Of a stretch of 64,000 bases of DNA, positions 37,200 through 49,435 are shown in pieces; position 1 is the first letter of the stretch, and each line of letters opens with the position of its first letter. The position numbers and the translations under genes are program-made. The stretch covers positions 32,001-96,000 of the forward strand of contig CBDFGR010000002.1 in the NCBI GenBank assembly GCA_965247115.1. The letters run 5' to 3'. Source of the DNA: Myxococcota bacterium (GTDB lineage: Bacteria; Myxococcota_A; UBA9160; SZUA-336). A model generated the notes under the pieces. That model searched no databases. It was not told where the DNA came from and saw only the letters and a program-made list of their open reading frames with translations.

Positions 37200-37446
37200 A
37201 GTCACCACCTCCGCCTCCTCGCTAGTTGACCTGAGATGGTAACAGGCAGGCCCTCATCGGTGCTTGGCCGACGCCGTAGACCCCTATCTGGCCGGTGAAA
37301 CCCCCCATGTGATATCTATCCTCCACCGCTCCTACTCGGTGGCGGAGCTCGACTGTTCGGAGAGCTTGATCAGCACAGAGACTTTGCTGAGCCAGGTCGT
37401 CAAGAGTCGTTACCGAAGAAAGCGCGTTTAGACTGGGGGCCGGCTC

Positions 37447-37839
37447 ATGAGAATCAACCTCACCCAAGTCTTTGTCGACGATCAGCAGAAAGCCCTGCGC
37501 TTCTATACCGAAATTCTCGGCTTCGAGAAGAAGGCCGAGATCCCTCTGGGCGAGTTCCTGTGGCTGACGGTCGTTTCTCCTGGCGAACCGAACGGCACCG
37601 AACTTCTTCTTGAGCCCGACAACCACCCGGCTGTGAGACCGTTCAAGAGCGCGCTCGTCGAGGACGGCATCCCCTACGCGTCCTTCGCCGTAGGGGACGT
37701 CCATGCCGAGCACGAACGGCTCTCGGTCAAGCGCGTCCGATTCACGCAACCCCCGCTGGACGTGGGGACGGTCGTCACCGCCGTCTTCGATGACACCTGC
37801 GGCAACCTGATTCAAATCGCAGCTGCGAAGGATGCCTGA
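37447..37839 (+). CDS. VOC/glyoxalase family protein
   Basis: VFVDDQQKALRFYTEILGF, WLTVVSP, ELLLEP, FDDTCGNLIQI. Confidence 0.92.
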   Translation: MRINLTQVFVDDQQKALRFYTEILGFEKKAEIPLGEFLWLTVVSPGEPNGTELLLEPDNHPAVRPFKSALVEDGIPYASFAVGDVHAEHERLSVKRVRFTQPPLDVGTVVTAVFDDTCGNLIQIAAAKDA

Positions 37840-37841
37840 GT

Positions 37842-38447
37842 GTGAGCAAGCTCTGCTTCAGCTACGCGACCCTCACGACGGCGGGCCCCTGGCTGCGGCA
37901 CGCGCAGGCTTTGCGCAGCGAGCTTCCGTCGCGACTCGGCGAGGGCCGGCTCTACGCGGCCTTCTCCCCGCAGTTCGGGCTGGCGTCGGACCAGCTGGTG
38001 GTGATGACGTCCTGGGACGACCCGGAGGGCGTCGGACCGCGGGTGGAGCGCGAGCTGCGCGCGATCGACGGCATAGAGCGGGTCGAGCAGCACATGGTCG
38101 CTCCCACGGCGCGACCAAAGACGGCCGACCCGCCCACGCGGAAGGGCCTCTACGTACACCGCTGGTTCGACCTGGAGCCGCGCCATGTCGACGAGGCCGT
38201 AGAGCTGTCGGCTGTCGCCTGGGAGAGCTTCGAGCGCACCTTCGAGGTCGAGGTCATCGGCTTCTTCCGCACGTTGGATGGCGGTGCGGACCAGGCGCAG
38301 CTCATGCTGCTGAACTGGTACCCGAGCCTGGCGGCCTGGGAGACGTCGCGCGACTTCGATGCGGACCCGAAGTCCCGGGACCGCTTCATGCGTCGGGCCC
38401 AGCTCTCGCGGCGCACGAGGGCAATTACCACATCGCTCGCATGGTGA
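37842..38447 (+). CDS. Two-domain NIPSNAP-like protein
   Basis: GLYVHRWF, LLNWYPSLAAWETSR, RFMRRAQL pattern; operonic with the VOC gene. Confidence 0.55.
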   Translation: MSKLCFSYATLTTAGPWLRHAQALRSELPSRLGEGRLYAAFSPQFGLASDQLVVMTSWDDPEGVGPRVERELRAIDGIERVEQHMVAPTARPKTADPPTRKGLYVHRWFDLEPRHVDEAVELSAVAWESFERTFEVEVIGFFRTLDGGADQAQLMLLNWYPSLAAWETSRDFDADPKSRDRFMRRAQLSRRTRAITTSLAW

Positions 38448-38523
38448 CCGCAGGGAGCGTCTGACCTGCCGAACGCGACCGCGATGGTGGCATGACTCTC
38501 AAGTTGCAAAGGAGGCGATACCG

Positions 38524-39340
38524 ATGGGTTACGAGTTCCTGGAATATGAACGTTTGGACCGGGTCGGGCGCATTACGCTCAATCGGCCGGAGAAGCTCAA
38601 CGCGCTGAGTGCTGGGTTACAGGCAGAGATCGTCGAAGCTGCGAAGGAAGCCGAGGCCGATCCGGACATTCATGCGCTCCTGCTACGCGGTAGGGGCCGC
38701 GCGTTCAGCGCGGGCTATGACATCACACCGACCGCCGAACGCAGCGAGGACCGCGCGAGCGGTACGATTCGCACCGACATCACGCGCATGGAGGAAACGG
38801 TGGCGCGATGGAATACGTTGTGGAATCTGCGTATCCCGACCATCGCCCAGGTGCACGGATACTGCATCGCGGGCGGGACTGATCTCGCACTGCATTGCGA
38901 CATGATCGTGGTGGCGGAGAACGCCAAAATCGGCTTTACACCGGTCCGGGCGATGGGTGCACCGCCGACGCACATGTGGATTTACTCGGTGGGGCCGCAA
39001 TGGGCGAAACGGATGCTTCTGACAGGCGATCTGATTGAGGGAAGCAAGGCATGCGACATCGGCTGGGGCGGTGGACGCCGTACCGGCCGATCAGCTGGAT
39101 GACACCGCGCTTGCACTTGCGAAGCGCATCAGCCACATCGGTAAGGACCTGCTGACCGCCAACAAATACGTCGTCAACAAGGCGATGGAACTGATGGGCC
39201 GCTCGCTATTGCAGCAGATCGCTTTGGAGCACGACGCCATCGCGCACCTTGCACCGGAGGCGCTGGAGTTCGGCCGTATCTCGCAGGAGGAGGGTCTGAG
39301 GGCCGCCCTTGCCTGGCGGGACGGCCCGTTCGAAGAGTGA
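38524..39340 (+). pseudogene. Enoyl-CoA hydratase family gene with a 1-nt insertion in the GGGG run at 39065-39068
   Basis: LNRPEKLNALS, FSAGYDI, HGYCIAGG, WAKRMLLTGD; continues in another frame as AVDAVPADQLDD...WRDGPFEE; removing one G restores the frame. Confidence 0.85.
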
Positions 39341-39400
39341 GCCCGGAGCCGAGAAACCCGCCGACGATCAATTCGGGGATTTTCGCACTTCGAGTTCGGA

Positions 39401-40909
<1,509 letters not shown>

Positions 40910-41005
40910 GGCGTGGACCTCTCAACGAGGGGGATTTCCTCGATTATGCCAGAATCCCTGGGGCATGGATGCTGAGAACGCAGATACCATCTGGGATACC
41001 GGTAC

Positions 41006-41686
41006 CTACTGCAGCGGGGAGTACGGCAGGGGGTTCAGGTAGTAGGTTGACTCCTCGGGGGCAACCTCGCGCAAGGGGCCGCTCAGGTCCCCGGCCCCGA
41101 AGGGATCGCCGGGCCGGTACGACAGGTCGCCGATGCCGCCGTTCAGAATCCAGATGCCGGTGAGCTCGCCGCTCTGGCCGAACTGTGTCTCGTAGGCCGT
41201 AGCGAGCGTGGCCGTGCCCAAACTCTCTACGGTGTCGGCGAGCTGCCCCATCAGGTCGTAGGCTTTCGGCTGACCGCCGGGTGCCAGCTGCAGGATCGCC
41301 TGGACGTACTGCCGAGGCAAAGCGGGCCGATCGGCCAAGGCGGACTCGAGACGCTGCTCCGTCGCATAGGGTACGCCGACCGCAGTCTTCTTGGTCTCGC
41401 CGAGAACCACGCCCGCCTTCTCCAGCTGCTCTGGCAGAACCGTCTGGACGGTGGGATCCATCGCCAGCGACGCCATGGCCCGCTCCATGTCGCCGAGCGA
41501 GTCGAAGCGCAGCAAGAGCAGGTCCTGTCCCGTGGTTCCCCCGGTCCGCTTCCACGCGCCGAGCAGCTCCAGTCCGTGCTCCGCAAGCTTGGGGACGACG
41601 AACTCCCCGTAGAGCTCTACGTAGCGGTCGAAGACGCGGCTCGTGAGCGGGTGCACAGTGTGTACGGCTTCGAGGTAGACCGCCAT
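41006..41686 (-). CDS. Two-domain NIPSNAP-like protein
   Basis: VPKLAEHGLELLGAW..TGG...LLRFDSLGDME; ends YLNPLPYSPLQ, a NIPSNAP-type terminus. Confidence 0.7.
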   Translation of the reverse strand: MAVYLEAVHTVHPLTSRVFDRYVELYGEFVVPKLAEHGLELLGAWKRTGGTTGQDLLLLRFDSLGDMERAMASLAMDPTVQTVLPEQLEKAGVVLGETKKTAVGVPYATEQRLESALADRPALPRQYVQAILQLAPGGQPKAYDLMGQLADTVESLGTATLATAYETQFGQSGELTGIWILNGGIGDLSYRPGDPFGAGDLSGPLREVAPEESTYYLNPLPYSPLQ

Positions 41687-41821
41687 ATCTCTCTCCCCAG
41701 GTGTTCCCCAGCGGGCAAGGCCATCCTAGTCCGAATGCTCGCAGCGTGCGTTGCCTAGCGTTTCTGGCACCGTGTAGGCTGTGGCTGCACCACGCCAATG
41801 GGTCGGACCAGGGAGGTCACC

Positions 41822-42547
41822 GTGTTTTCACTCGAGGGGTTGAACGCATTCATTACCGGGGGAACGGCAGGTATCGGTCTTGCGACCGCACGGCGTTTCC
41901 GGCAGGCCGGCGCCAACGTGGCGATCATCGGCCGCCGGGCCGAGGGCGAATCCATCGCCGCAGGAATGGGCGCAATCTTCATCCGGGCGGACGTCGGCGA
42001 GGAAGAGCAGCTGGCTTCGGCCTTCGCCGAGTCAGGGACTACGCTAGGCAAGCTCGACATCGTGATGAACAACGCGGCCTTTGACAATACGGGGCCGCTG
42101 ATCGACGAATCCGATGCAACCGAGTTCCAGCGCGGCATCGACGTCAACCTGATGTCCGTGTACAACGGGCTCCGGTATGGCCCCCGTCAGATGAACGATG
42201 GCGGATCGATCATCAACATCTCTTCCCTGGCCGCCAAGATGGGCCCGCCGGGTTACTCCCAGTATTCCGCGATCAAGGCGGCAGTGTGCAGTTTGAGCCT
42301 GACTGCAGCATTGGAGCTGGCAGACCGCGGTATTCGTGTCAACTCAGTCTTGCCAGGATCCGTCTGGTCCGAAATGCTGCCCAAGGATCACTGGGAGGTA
42401 GCCGCTACCGAGGAGCATGCGCCGCTGGGCCGTGTCGGCGAGGCCGAAGAAGTAGCAGCGCTGTGCCATTTTCTGGCCTCACCCGACTGCCGCTACATCA
42501 CGGGGCAGGCCATCGTGATCGATGGCGGAGTCTCGAGGGGGTGGTAG
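41822..42547 (+). CDS. SDR oxidoreductase
   Basis: TGGTAGIG, NNAA, YSAIK, IRVNSVLPG; GGGAGG RBS before GTG 41822. Confidence 0.9.
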   Translation: MFSLEGLNAFITGGTAGIGLATARRFRQAGANVAIIGRRAEGESIAAGMGAIFIRADVGEEEQLASAFAESGTTLGKLDIVMNNAAFDNTGPLIDESDATEFQRGIDVNLMSVYNGLRYGPRQMNDGGSIINISSLAAKMGPPGYSQYSAIKAAVCSLSLTAALELADRGIRVNSVLPGSVWSEMLPKDHWEVAATEEHAPLGRVGEAEEVAALCHFLASPDCRYITGQAIVIDGGVSRGW

Positions 42548-42572
42548 GGCGACACCATGGCGATGTCTCGGT

Positions 42573-43748
42573 TCACTCGATCCTATAAGCCAACGCAGCG
42601 TTCTCGCTGCAGATCTGACGGCGCGCCGTGGCGGAGAGCGGAGCCACGAGCTGCTTGAGCGCCGAGATGTAATCGGGGCTGTGGTCGGGGTGGGGGAAGT
42701 CCGAAGCCCAGAAGAAACGATCGGCTCCTACGAAGTCAATGATGTACTTGAGCGATTTTTCGTCCGGGTCGGCCGAGATCCAGCACTGTCGGCGAAAATA
42801 GTAGCTGGGCGGCTCTTTGAGCGGGATCGGAGCAACCGCACTGTGAAGAACCGCATCCATCCGATCCAGCAGATAGCCGATCCAGCCGGCCTGGGATTCG
42901 AGCACGATCACCTTGACCTTCGGGAAGCGGTCGAAGAGCCCATGCCAGAAGAGCGCGACGAAGCCCTGGATGATGGCCTGGGTCACTATCACGTCGAAGT
43001 ACCAGCTGAAATCGATCGGCTCCCTCGGCACGACCTCTTCAAATCGCCCATGGACCCCGTAGTTGTTGAAGCTGAACGGCTCAAAAGCCGGATGCAACGC
43101 GATCGGAACGTCGAGATCCTGCGCCGTAGCCCACAGAAGATCGTAGCCCGGATGACCGTGAGACTTGCGGTCCCAGGTAAAGGGCGGCAAAAATGCGCCC
43201 TTGGCACCCGCGTGGATCGCACGCTCCAGTTCCTTGGCCGCTTCGTTGACGTCGGTGAGCGAGATGTGCGCGATCGGAACCAATCGACCCCCGGAATCTG
43301 AACAAAAATCGACGATCCAACGGTTGTAGGCCCGACAGTAGGCCGCGGAAATCTCCGCGTCCGAGACTTCAGCTTCCCAAGTCAATCCGACGGTCGGATA
43401 CAGGATTGCCTTTGCAAGACCCTCGCGATCGAGCCGCTCGACCCGTTCTTTCGGGTCCATCGATCCGGGAGGCGCATCTCCGACGTAGGTGCGGTTTGGA
43501 CCTGGCTCCATATCGGACTGACCCATTGCACCCATCAGGGCCGGGAAGCCGGGTACCATGTTTTTGGATTTCTTGCCGTCGAATTCGAAGTACTCCAAGC
43601 CCTGGTCGTCCTTGCGAACACGAATCGCGCGATCACGATAGCGAGGCTCGAGATAGGTCTCCCAGAGGTCCGGGGGCTCCAGGATGTGACCATCAGCGTC
43701 AATCGCACCCGTGATGTCGACATCACCGTTCTCTGAAGTAACTGACAT
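42573..43748 (-). CDS. Amidohydrolase family protein (amidohydro_2)
   Basis: IDADGHILEP, AILYPT, RAYNRWIVDFC, FDRFPKVKVIVLESQAGW, WASDFPHPD. Confidence 0.9.
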   Translation of the reverse strand: MSVTSENGDVDITGAIDADGHILEPPDLWETYLEPRYRDRAIRVRKDDQGLEYFEFDGKKSKNMVPGFPALMGAMGQSDMEPGPNRTYVGDAPPGSMDPKERVERLDREGLAKAILYPTVGLTWEAEVSDAEISAAYCRAYNRWIVDFCSDSGGRLVPIAHISLTDVNEAAKELERAIHAGAKGAFLPPFTWDRKSHGHPGYDLLWATAQDLDVPIALHPAFEPFSFNNYGVHGRFEEVVPREPIDFSWYFDVIVTQAIIQGFVALFWHGLFDRFPKVKVIVLESQAGWIGYLLDRMDAVLHSAVAPIPLKEPPSYYFRRQCWISADPDEKSLKYIIDFVGADRFFWASDFPHPDHSPDYISALKQLVAPLSATARRQICSENAALAYRIE

Positions 43749-43816
43749 AAGAACCTCCTTCAATTCAGCGGTCCCGACCCGAATGCGCCTCGACGCAACG
43801 TCTTGAGTTTTTGAAC

Positions 43817-45886
43817 TCAGGGCGTCGCTTTGTTTGTTTCGTTCTTGAGAAACCGATCGTGCCAGCCGAGCGCGCGCTCCATGCCGTCGACCGCGTGGGC
43901 TGGCTCGCTCAGGCCGTGCCCTTCTCGGGGATAGCGGACGAAGACCGTCTCGACGCCGACTTGCTTGAGCGCGATGTACATTTGCTCGGCCTCCACGACG
44001 TTGACGTCTTGATCCTCCTCGCCGTGGATGAACATCGTCGGCGTCTTAACGCTCGCCACATGGGCGAGCGGTGACCGTTCCCACATGAACCGGGCGATGT
44101 CCTTTTCCCAGGGGTGGCCGCCGAACTCGACTTCGATGTAGTCCTGGGCCCAGATGGTGTATCCCAAGCTGATCAGGTTGCTGATGCTGGACTGGGGAAC
44201 TGCCGACTTGAACCGACCCGTTTGGGTGATGATCCAGTTCGTGAGCTGGCCGCCGTAGCTCCCGCCTTCAACGCCCATTCGATTCCGATCCAGATACGGT
44301 GTCTCGGCAAGGATGTGGTCGAGCCCCGCCAAGACATCCTTGGCCTCAGCGCCGTTCTGATCCCCGACGGTTCCGTCGGCGAACGCCTGTCCGTAGCCGC
44401 TGGTGCCGCGATAGTTGATCATCACCACCGCGTAGCCTTCCCCGGCATAGAGCTGGTTCCAATGTGCGAACCGTACCCTTGTTGGTGGTGGGGACCACCG
44501 TGGATGCGAAGGATGACCGGTTACTTTTGGCCAGGCTCGAATCCGCCAGGGGGCACGAGAAATCCCTGAGCCGGGGTGCCGTCAAAACTCTCGAAGTCGA
44601 ACGCTTCGGTGACCGAGACCGCCCTTTCGGCGAGGAGGTCAGCGTTCAGTCGCGTCACCTGGCGAGCTGGGCTGGCACTGTCCTGCACGTAGACTTCGGC
44701 TGGTGAGCTCAGGCTGGTAAACGCGAAAGCCGCCACTCCTGAGGCGGCAACGGAGAAATCGCCGACCAGACCTGGCTCATCCATCACCGCTACGGGGTCA
44801 CCCCCATCGGCGTTCACTCGGTAGAGCACCGTACTGCCTCGGTCTTCTGCGGTGAAATAGACGACAGGCGCATCGGGTGCCCAAGCGACGGCCATGGCGC
44901 GCCGATCGAGATTCAGAGCCAGCTCGCGAGCCGTCCCGCCCTCGGCCGGCATCACCCAGACGTGCGGGTCCTCGGCGCTCGACTCCCTGGTGGTCACAGA
45001 ACGAGTGCCGGCTCGAAAAGCGATCCTCCTGCCGTCGGGTGACCAGGTGGGTGTGTACTCGCTTCCCTTGGTATTCGTGAGCCGCCGGATGTGCCCGTCG
45101 GAGATCCTCACCGTGAAGAGGTCGTAGTTGTGAACGCGGTCGTAGTGCTCCTCACGGTTCGAGACGAACGCGATCTCAGCGCCGGACGGCGACCAGGCAA
45201 GGGAATGCTCGTAGTACGGTCCCTCGGTCAATTGCTTCACGTCTTTGCTAGCGAGCGTCACCATGTACACGTGCCAGCGCCGATTGTCGTTCATGCTCGC
45301 CCAGGATTTGTAGCTGTAGCGGGTGATGACCATCGGATCGCCCGGCGGTGCCTCGGGACCCGGATCGGCGGACAGGTAGGCCAAGGCCTTGCCATCGGGG
45401 GACCAGCTGAGTTGGCTCCCCACTCCTTGGTAGGCGAGCGTATCGTTCCCTGATTCGTACGTGGCCACAGTCTCTTTCGTGCCCGTGTCCAACCGGGCGA
45501 CGACGATGCCGGGCTTGAATCGTGCGCTTGGCCGCGCCTCCCGGTCCCGGTCCCGCCGCTCCACCACCCGTGAGGTACGCGATCGATCTCCCGTCGGGGG
45601 AAAAGCGGGGCGTGCGATCGTTCGCCCTTTCATCGCTGAGCCTACTCAACTTTCCTTCCGCTAGAGACAGCAGCCAGATCTGGGATCGCGACCGATTGGC
45701 CTCCCGATCAACAAACTGTTCGACGAATGCCACGGTGGAACCGTCGGGCGAAATGGTGACGTCCGACGCAGACCGGAGCCGAAAATGATCGTCGGGTCGA
45801 AACTTGCGCTCAGCCGCTGGCGTTTCCGTCATGGCCACCAAGGCCAAACTGCTGGCCAGCAAACCGAGTACGAACTTTCCTTTCAT
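43817..45886 (-). pseudogene. Secreted S9 family peptidase, broken by a frameshift near 45540, an in-frame TAA at 44521-44523 and a frameshift near 44470
   Basis: Signal peptide, WSPDG propeller repeats, K*PVILRIHGGPH (normally KYP), GGSYGG, HGEEDQDV, YPREGHG spread over several frames. Confidence 0.9.
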
Positions 45887-46017
45887 CGGTCTATTCCTCC
45901 CACCGTCCGGGCCCAGGGGAGTCCCATCGTTTCTCCCCCGCAGGGCTCCTTGCGATTGTATAGGATCGCCTCATGAGCCAGACCCACCGGTCATCCGCAT
46001 GACAGAATGAGATCAGC

Positions 46018-46857
46018 GTGAACTACGGATTCGTCCTTCCCTACGGCGACGCGCGTACCGTTGCGGACCTTGCGGCCGAGGCGGAGAACGCCGGCTGGGA
46101 CGGGTTCTTCGTCTGGGAGGCCGTCTGGGGAATCGACGCGTGGGTCGCCCTCGCCGCCGCCGCGATGCGCACCGAGCGGATCCGCCTGGGTACGCTGCTG
46201 ACAGCGATCTCTTGCGTGCGACCGTGGAAGCTCGCCAGCGAGAGCGCAACGCTCGACAACCTCTCGAACGGCCGCGTCATCCTCTCGGTGGGCCTCGGCG
46301 CTCCCGACACCGGCTTCGACAGCTTCGGCGAGGAGACCGACCGTAAGACACGCGCGGAGCTGCTCGACGAAGGCCTCGAGATCCTGACCGGGCTCTGGAA
46401 CGGCCAACCCTTCACGTACTCGGGCAAGCACTACCAGCTCAAGGAGACAAGCTTCTTCCCACCCGCCCCACCCATCCAGCAGCCCCGGATCCCGATCTGG
46501 GTGGTGGGCGCCTGGCCTCGCAGGAAGTCGATGCGCCGTGTGCTCCGCTACGACGGCCTCATCCCGAACGTGATGGATGCCGAGGGCAAGCACGAGCAGG
46601 TCACACCCGACCGCATGCGTGAGATGAAGGAGTACGTCCTGGGCAACCGCACCGAGACGACCCCCTTCGACTTCGTGACGGAAGGACGTACGCCGGGCGA
46701 CGACCCCGCGAAAGCGGCAGAGCTCGTTCGCCCCTGGGCCGACGCGGGCGCGACCTGGTGGATCGAGGAGATGTGGGCCGCCCCAGACGCGGTCGCCAGC
46801 CCCGAAACCGTGCGCAAACGGCTCTCGCAAGGACCGCCCCGCTTCGAAGTAGGCTGA
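46018..46857 (+). CDS. LLM class flavin-dependent oxidoreductase
   Basis: AENAGWDGFFVWE, TERIRLGT, LDNLSNGRVILSVGLG, QQPRIPIWV. Confidence 0.9.
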   Translation: MNYGFVLPYGDARTVADLAAEAENAGWDGFFVWEAVWGIDAWVALAAAAMRTERIRLGTLLTAISCVRPWKLASESATLDNLSNGRVILSVGLGAPDTGFDSFGEETDRKTRAELLDEGLEILTGLWNGQPFTYSGKHYQLKETSFFPPAPPIQQPRIPIWVVGAWPRRKSMRRVLRYDGLIPNVMDAEGKHEQVTPDRMREMKEYVLGNRTETTPFDFVTEGRTPGDDPAKAAELVRPWADAGATWWIEEMWAAPDAVASPETVRKRLSQGPPRFEVG

Positions 46858-46904
46858 GCGCACCCACGGCCTTCGATCCAGTACCTGACCCGCCCGGTCG
46901 ACGG

Positions 46905-47684
46905 CTAGGCGAGGTGCTTGGTGATGAAGTCGCCGACGATCTGGTTGAAGGTGGAGGGGTCTTCGAAGTAAGAGGAGTGACCGACGCCCGCAAAGTCGTA
47001 GATGCTGGCGCCCGGAATGCGCGCGGCGACCTCATGAAGGTCCTTCTGCGCAAAGATCGCGTCGTGCTCGCCCGCCAGGAGCAGGGTCGGAACGGCGAAG
47101 TCCGCGAGCTGCTCGTCGGAGACCACGAGGTCGAATAGACGGCGGATCTCCTCGGGGCCCAGGCCGGCGTTGAAGGCGGAGAGCTGGGAATAGAGGAACT
47201 CGCGCTCGGGTTCTCGCTCGCCAAAGTCGGGCGCCATGGCGAGCCGGGCGATCCCCGCCGTGCCCGGCCCCTGGGCGCTCGAGAGACGCTTCTGCAGTTC
47301 CTCGAGCGCCGGGGTCATGATTCCCCCGGGCGTGCCGCACAGAACCAGGCAGGCGACTCGGTCCGGAGCTCTCACGGCCGTCTGCATGCCGGTCCAGCCA
47401 CCCATCGACTGACACACGAGGGCGGCGCGCTTGATCGAGCTCGCGTCCAACATCGCCAGCAGGTCGTCCGCGAAGGCGCTGGGTTGGAAGTCCGCCGGGG
47501 CGCACGGTGAGCGCCCGAAGCCGCGGTGGTCCAGGGTGAGCACGGTGTGGTCCGGGGCGAAGTGCGGAACCTGCTGGTACCAGCTGGCTGCGTTGCCGCC
47601 CGCCCCGTGCGCAAACACAACCGCAGGTCCCTTACCGTGAACTTCGTAGTAGAGCGACAATCCGTCGCGATTCAAGACAGCCAT
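46905..47684 (-). CDS. Alpha/beta fold hydrolase
   Basis: FAHGAGGN, DHRGFGRS, CQSMGG, GEHD, GHSSYFEDP. Confidence 0.9.
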   Translation of the reverse strand: MAVLNRDGLSLYYEVHGKGPAVVFAHGAGGNAASWYQQVPHFAPDHTVLTLDHRGFGRSPCAPADFQPSAFADDLLAMLDASSIKRAALVCQSMGGWTGMQTAVRAPDRVACLVLCGTPGGIMTPALEELQKRLSSAQGPGTAGIARLAMAPDFGEREPEREFLYSQLSAFNAGLGPEEIRRLFDLVVSDEQLADFAVPTLLLAGEHDAIFAQKDLHEVAARIPGASIYDFAGVGHSSYFEDPSTFNQIVGDFITKHLA

Positions 47685-47704
47685 AGGCTACTCATACCGA
47701 CATA

Positions 47705-48691
47705 CTAGAGTGGACTGCTTTTCCCTTCACGAAGCAAGTTCTCTTTAGCTCTGCCTTTGACCCAACCCAAACTGCCACTGCATCGATAACCGATGAGTTG
47801 TTGCGCCTTCTCTGACAGCTTTTCCGCTGCTTCCGGTGGAACAGTTAGATACTGATTCTCTTCTTGTCTAACCCAGTCAACGACGTAGGAACTGAAGAAA
47901 GCAGTTCTACCCTCTGGACTGGTGCTTGCGCCTGCTCCATGCAACGCCCTCGAGAGCCAGACTACAGCCGAGCCCTTGGGCATTACGGCTTGCGCAATCT
48001 CATCTTCCTTCGCAATCCGATCCTCGGACCACTTATGGCTTCCAGGTACCAACCGCGTGGCGCCATTCTCGAGAGTAAAGTCCGTACCCGCCCAATTCAC
48101 GGATACGATGAACTCTCGCATCTCGGGAATATATTCGATGTACGGCTGGTATATGGCATTCTCTCTGTGGAGGATTTGGTTCTCTCCACCGCGGTGAACT
48201 TCCAGCATGACCGAGGCGCCCAAATTATAGTGATGACAGTTTGGACCGTTTTCTGGGTCTGCGCCTTTCGATATCGCCTGCTTGCTTCCAGCATCGTTTT
48301 CGGACACTTGTGCGAAGCCGCTGTCATAAGGACCCGCTGTCGTTTTACCTCGGCGACGAGGAATCCGCTTCGAATTGGGTGACATAGGTCTTGCTGGCAA
48401 CAGCATCGCGTCAGCTATTTCAAGTACTTTGGGGTGGAGCAGCAGGCTCTCTGTATACGCTGGGCTTAGAGCTGCAAGACCTCCAACGGTTTTGTTTCCC
48501 TCGGGCCAGATAACAGAGTCGGAGGTTTCCATTTCGGCCTCCGATGTTCTTTCACGTATTTCTGCGTACACCCGATCCATCAGATCTGCCGGAGCCAGGT
48601 TTCGCACAACGACTCCACCGTCCTTCTTCAGGGCAGATACAATTTCCGTTGTTGCTGCATCTGGCTCAAACGTGGAAAGGTAAGCGCTCAT
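47705..48691 (-). CDS. Phytanoyl-CoA dioxygenase (PhyH) family Fe(II)/2OG enzyme
   Basis: QILHRE, TDFTLENGATRLVPGSHKW, MPKGS, LHGAG, RQEENQYL. Confidence 0.88.
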   Translation of the reverse strand: MSAYLSTFEPDAATTEIVSALKKDGGVVVRNLAPADLMDRVYAEIRERTSEAEMETSDSVIWPEGNKTVGGLAALSPAYTESLLLHPKVLEIADAMLLPARPMSPNSKRIPRRRGKTTAGPYDSGFAQVSENDAGSKQAISKGADPENGPNCHHYNLGASVMLEVHRGGENQILHRENAIYQPYIEYIPEMREFIVSVNWAGTDFTLENGATRLVPGSHKWSEDRIAKEDEIAQAVMPKGSAVVWLSRALHGAGASTSPEGRTAFFSSYVVDWVRQEENQYLTVPPEAAEKLSEKAQQLIGYRCSGSLGWVKGRAKENLLREGKSSPL

Positions 48692-48777
48692 GTCGATTTC
48701 CCTTTCGCAATACCAAAGCTGGCCTCGGGGAGTCCCATCAGGCCCATTATACTCAACCTTGATATCTGGGAGGCAAA

Positions 48778-49418
48778 ATGACGGTCGATCTGGCCAATAG
48801 CGACAAGCTACTCACAACTACTCGAGGCGTCCGCAAACGCTTCGATTTGACCGGCCCGTCGAGCGGTCCCTGATAGAGGGGGCAGTCGAAGTGGCCCTTC
48901 AGGCACCGACTTTCTTCGCGGTGCAGTTTATCGTGGTAACGGACCCGGATCGTCGCAAAGAGATGGGTGATCTCTACTGTGAAGCGCACTTGCCCTACAT
49001 GGACACAGCCCAGAAGGAACTGACAGCAGGGATGAACGCCGAAGAAGCGGCTCAACTCGGCCGACACTGGGACATGATCCGCTGGGCCACGGAGAAAATG
49101 TACCGGGTGCCAGTCCATGTTCACGTGGCGGGACGGGGGGTCGATGGTTATCCGGGGCTCCAGCAGGCGAGCTTCTACGGTTGCGTCCTGCCACCGGCCT
49201 GGTCGTTCATGCTGGCGCTCAGAGCCAGGGGGATCGGCTCCAGTTGGACCACCGTTCATCTGCAAGACGTGTACAAGGAGCGAATCCAGGAGCTGTTCGG
49301 ACTTCCGAGCGACTACTCGCTGGGTGTGTTCCTGCCCTGTGGATACTACACGGGCGAGGATTTCAAACCCGCGAAGCGGCCCTCCGCCGCTAGCTCGCTT
49401 CACTGGGACAAGTGGTAG
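48778..49418 (+). pseudogene. Nitroreductase family gene with a 1-nt deletion near 48852
   Basis: GGAGG RBS, ATG 48778 MTVDLANSDKLLTTTRGVRKRFDL, then in another frame RPVERSLIEGAVEVALQAP...WSFMLALRARGIGSSWTT...FKPAKR. Confidence 0.8.
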
Positions 49419-49435
49419 GCCCGCTGTTGCCTTGA

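Noticed and set aside
37200..37446. Riboswitch or ncRNA in the divergent intergenic gap
   Set aside because: No recognisable aptamer consensus or convincing long stem
39060..39075. Programmed frameshift in the hydratase
   Set aside because: No slippery heptamer or stimulatory structure; a single extra G explains it
44521..44523. Recoded stop (Sec/Pyl) in the peptidase
   Set aside because: The codon is TAA at an expected Tyr, and two further frameshifts are present
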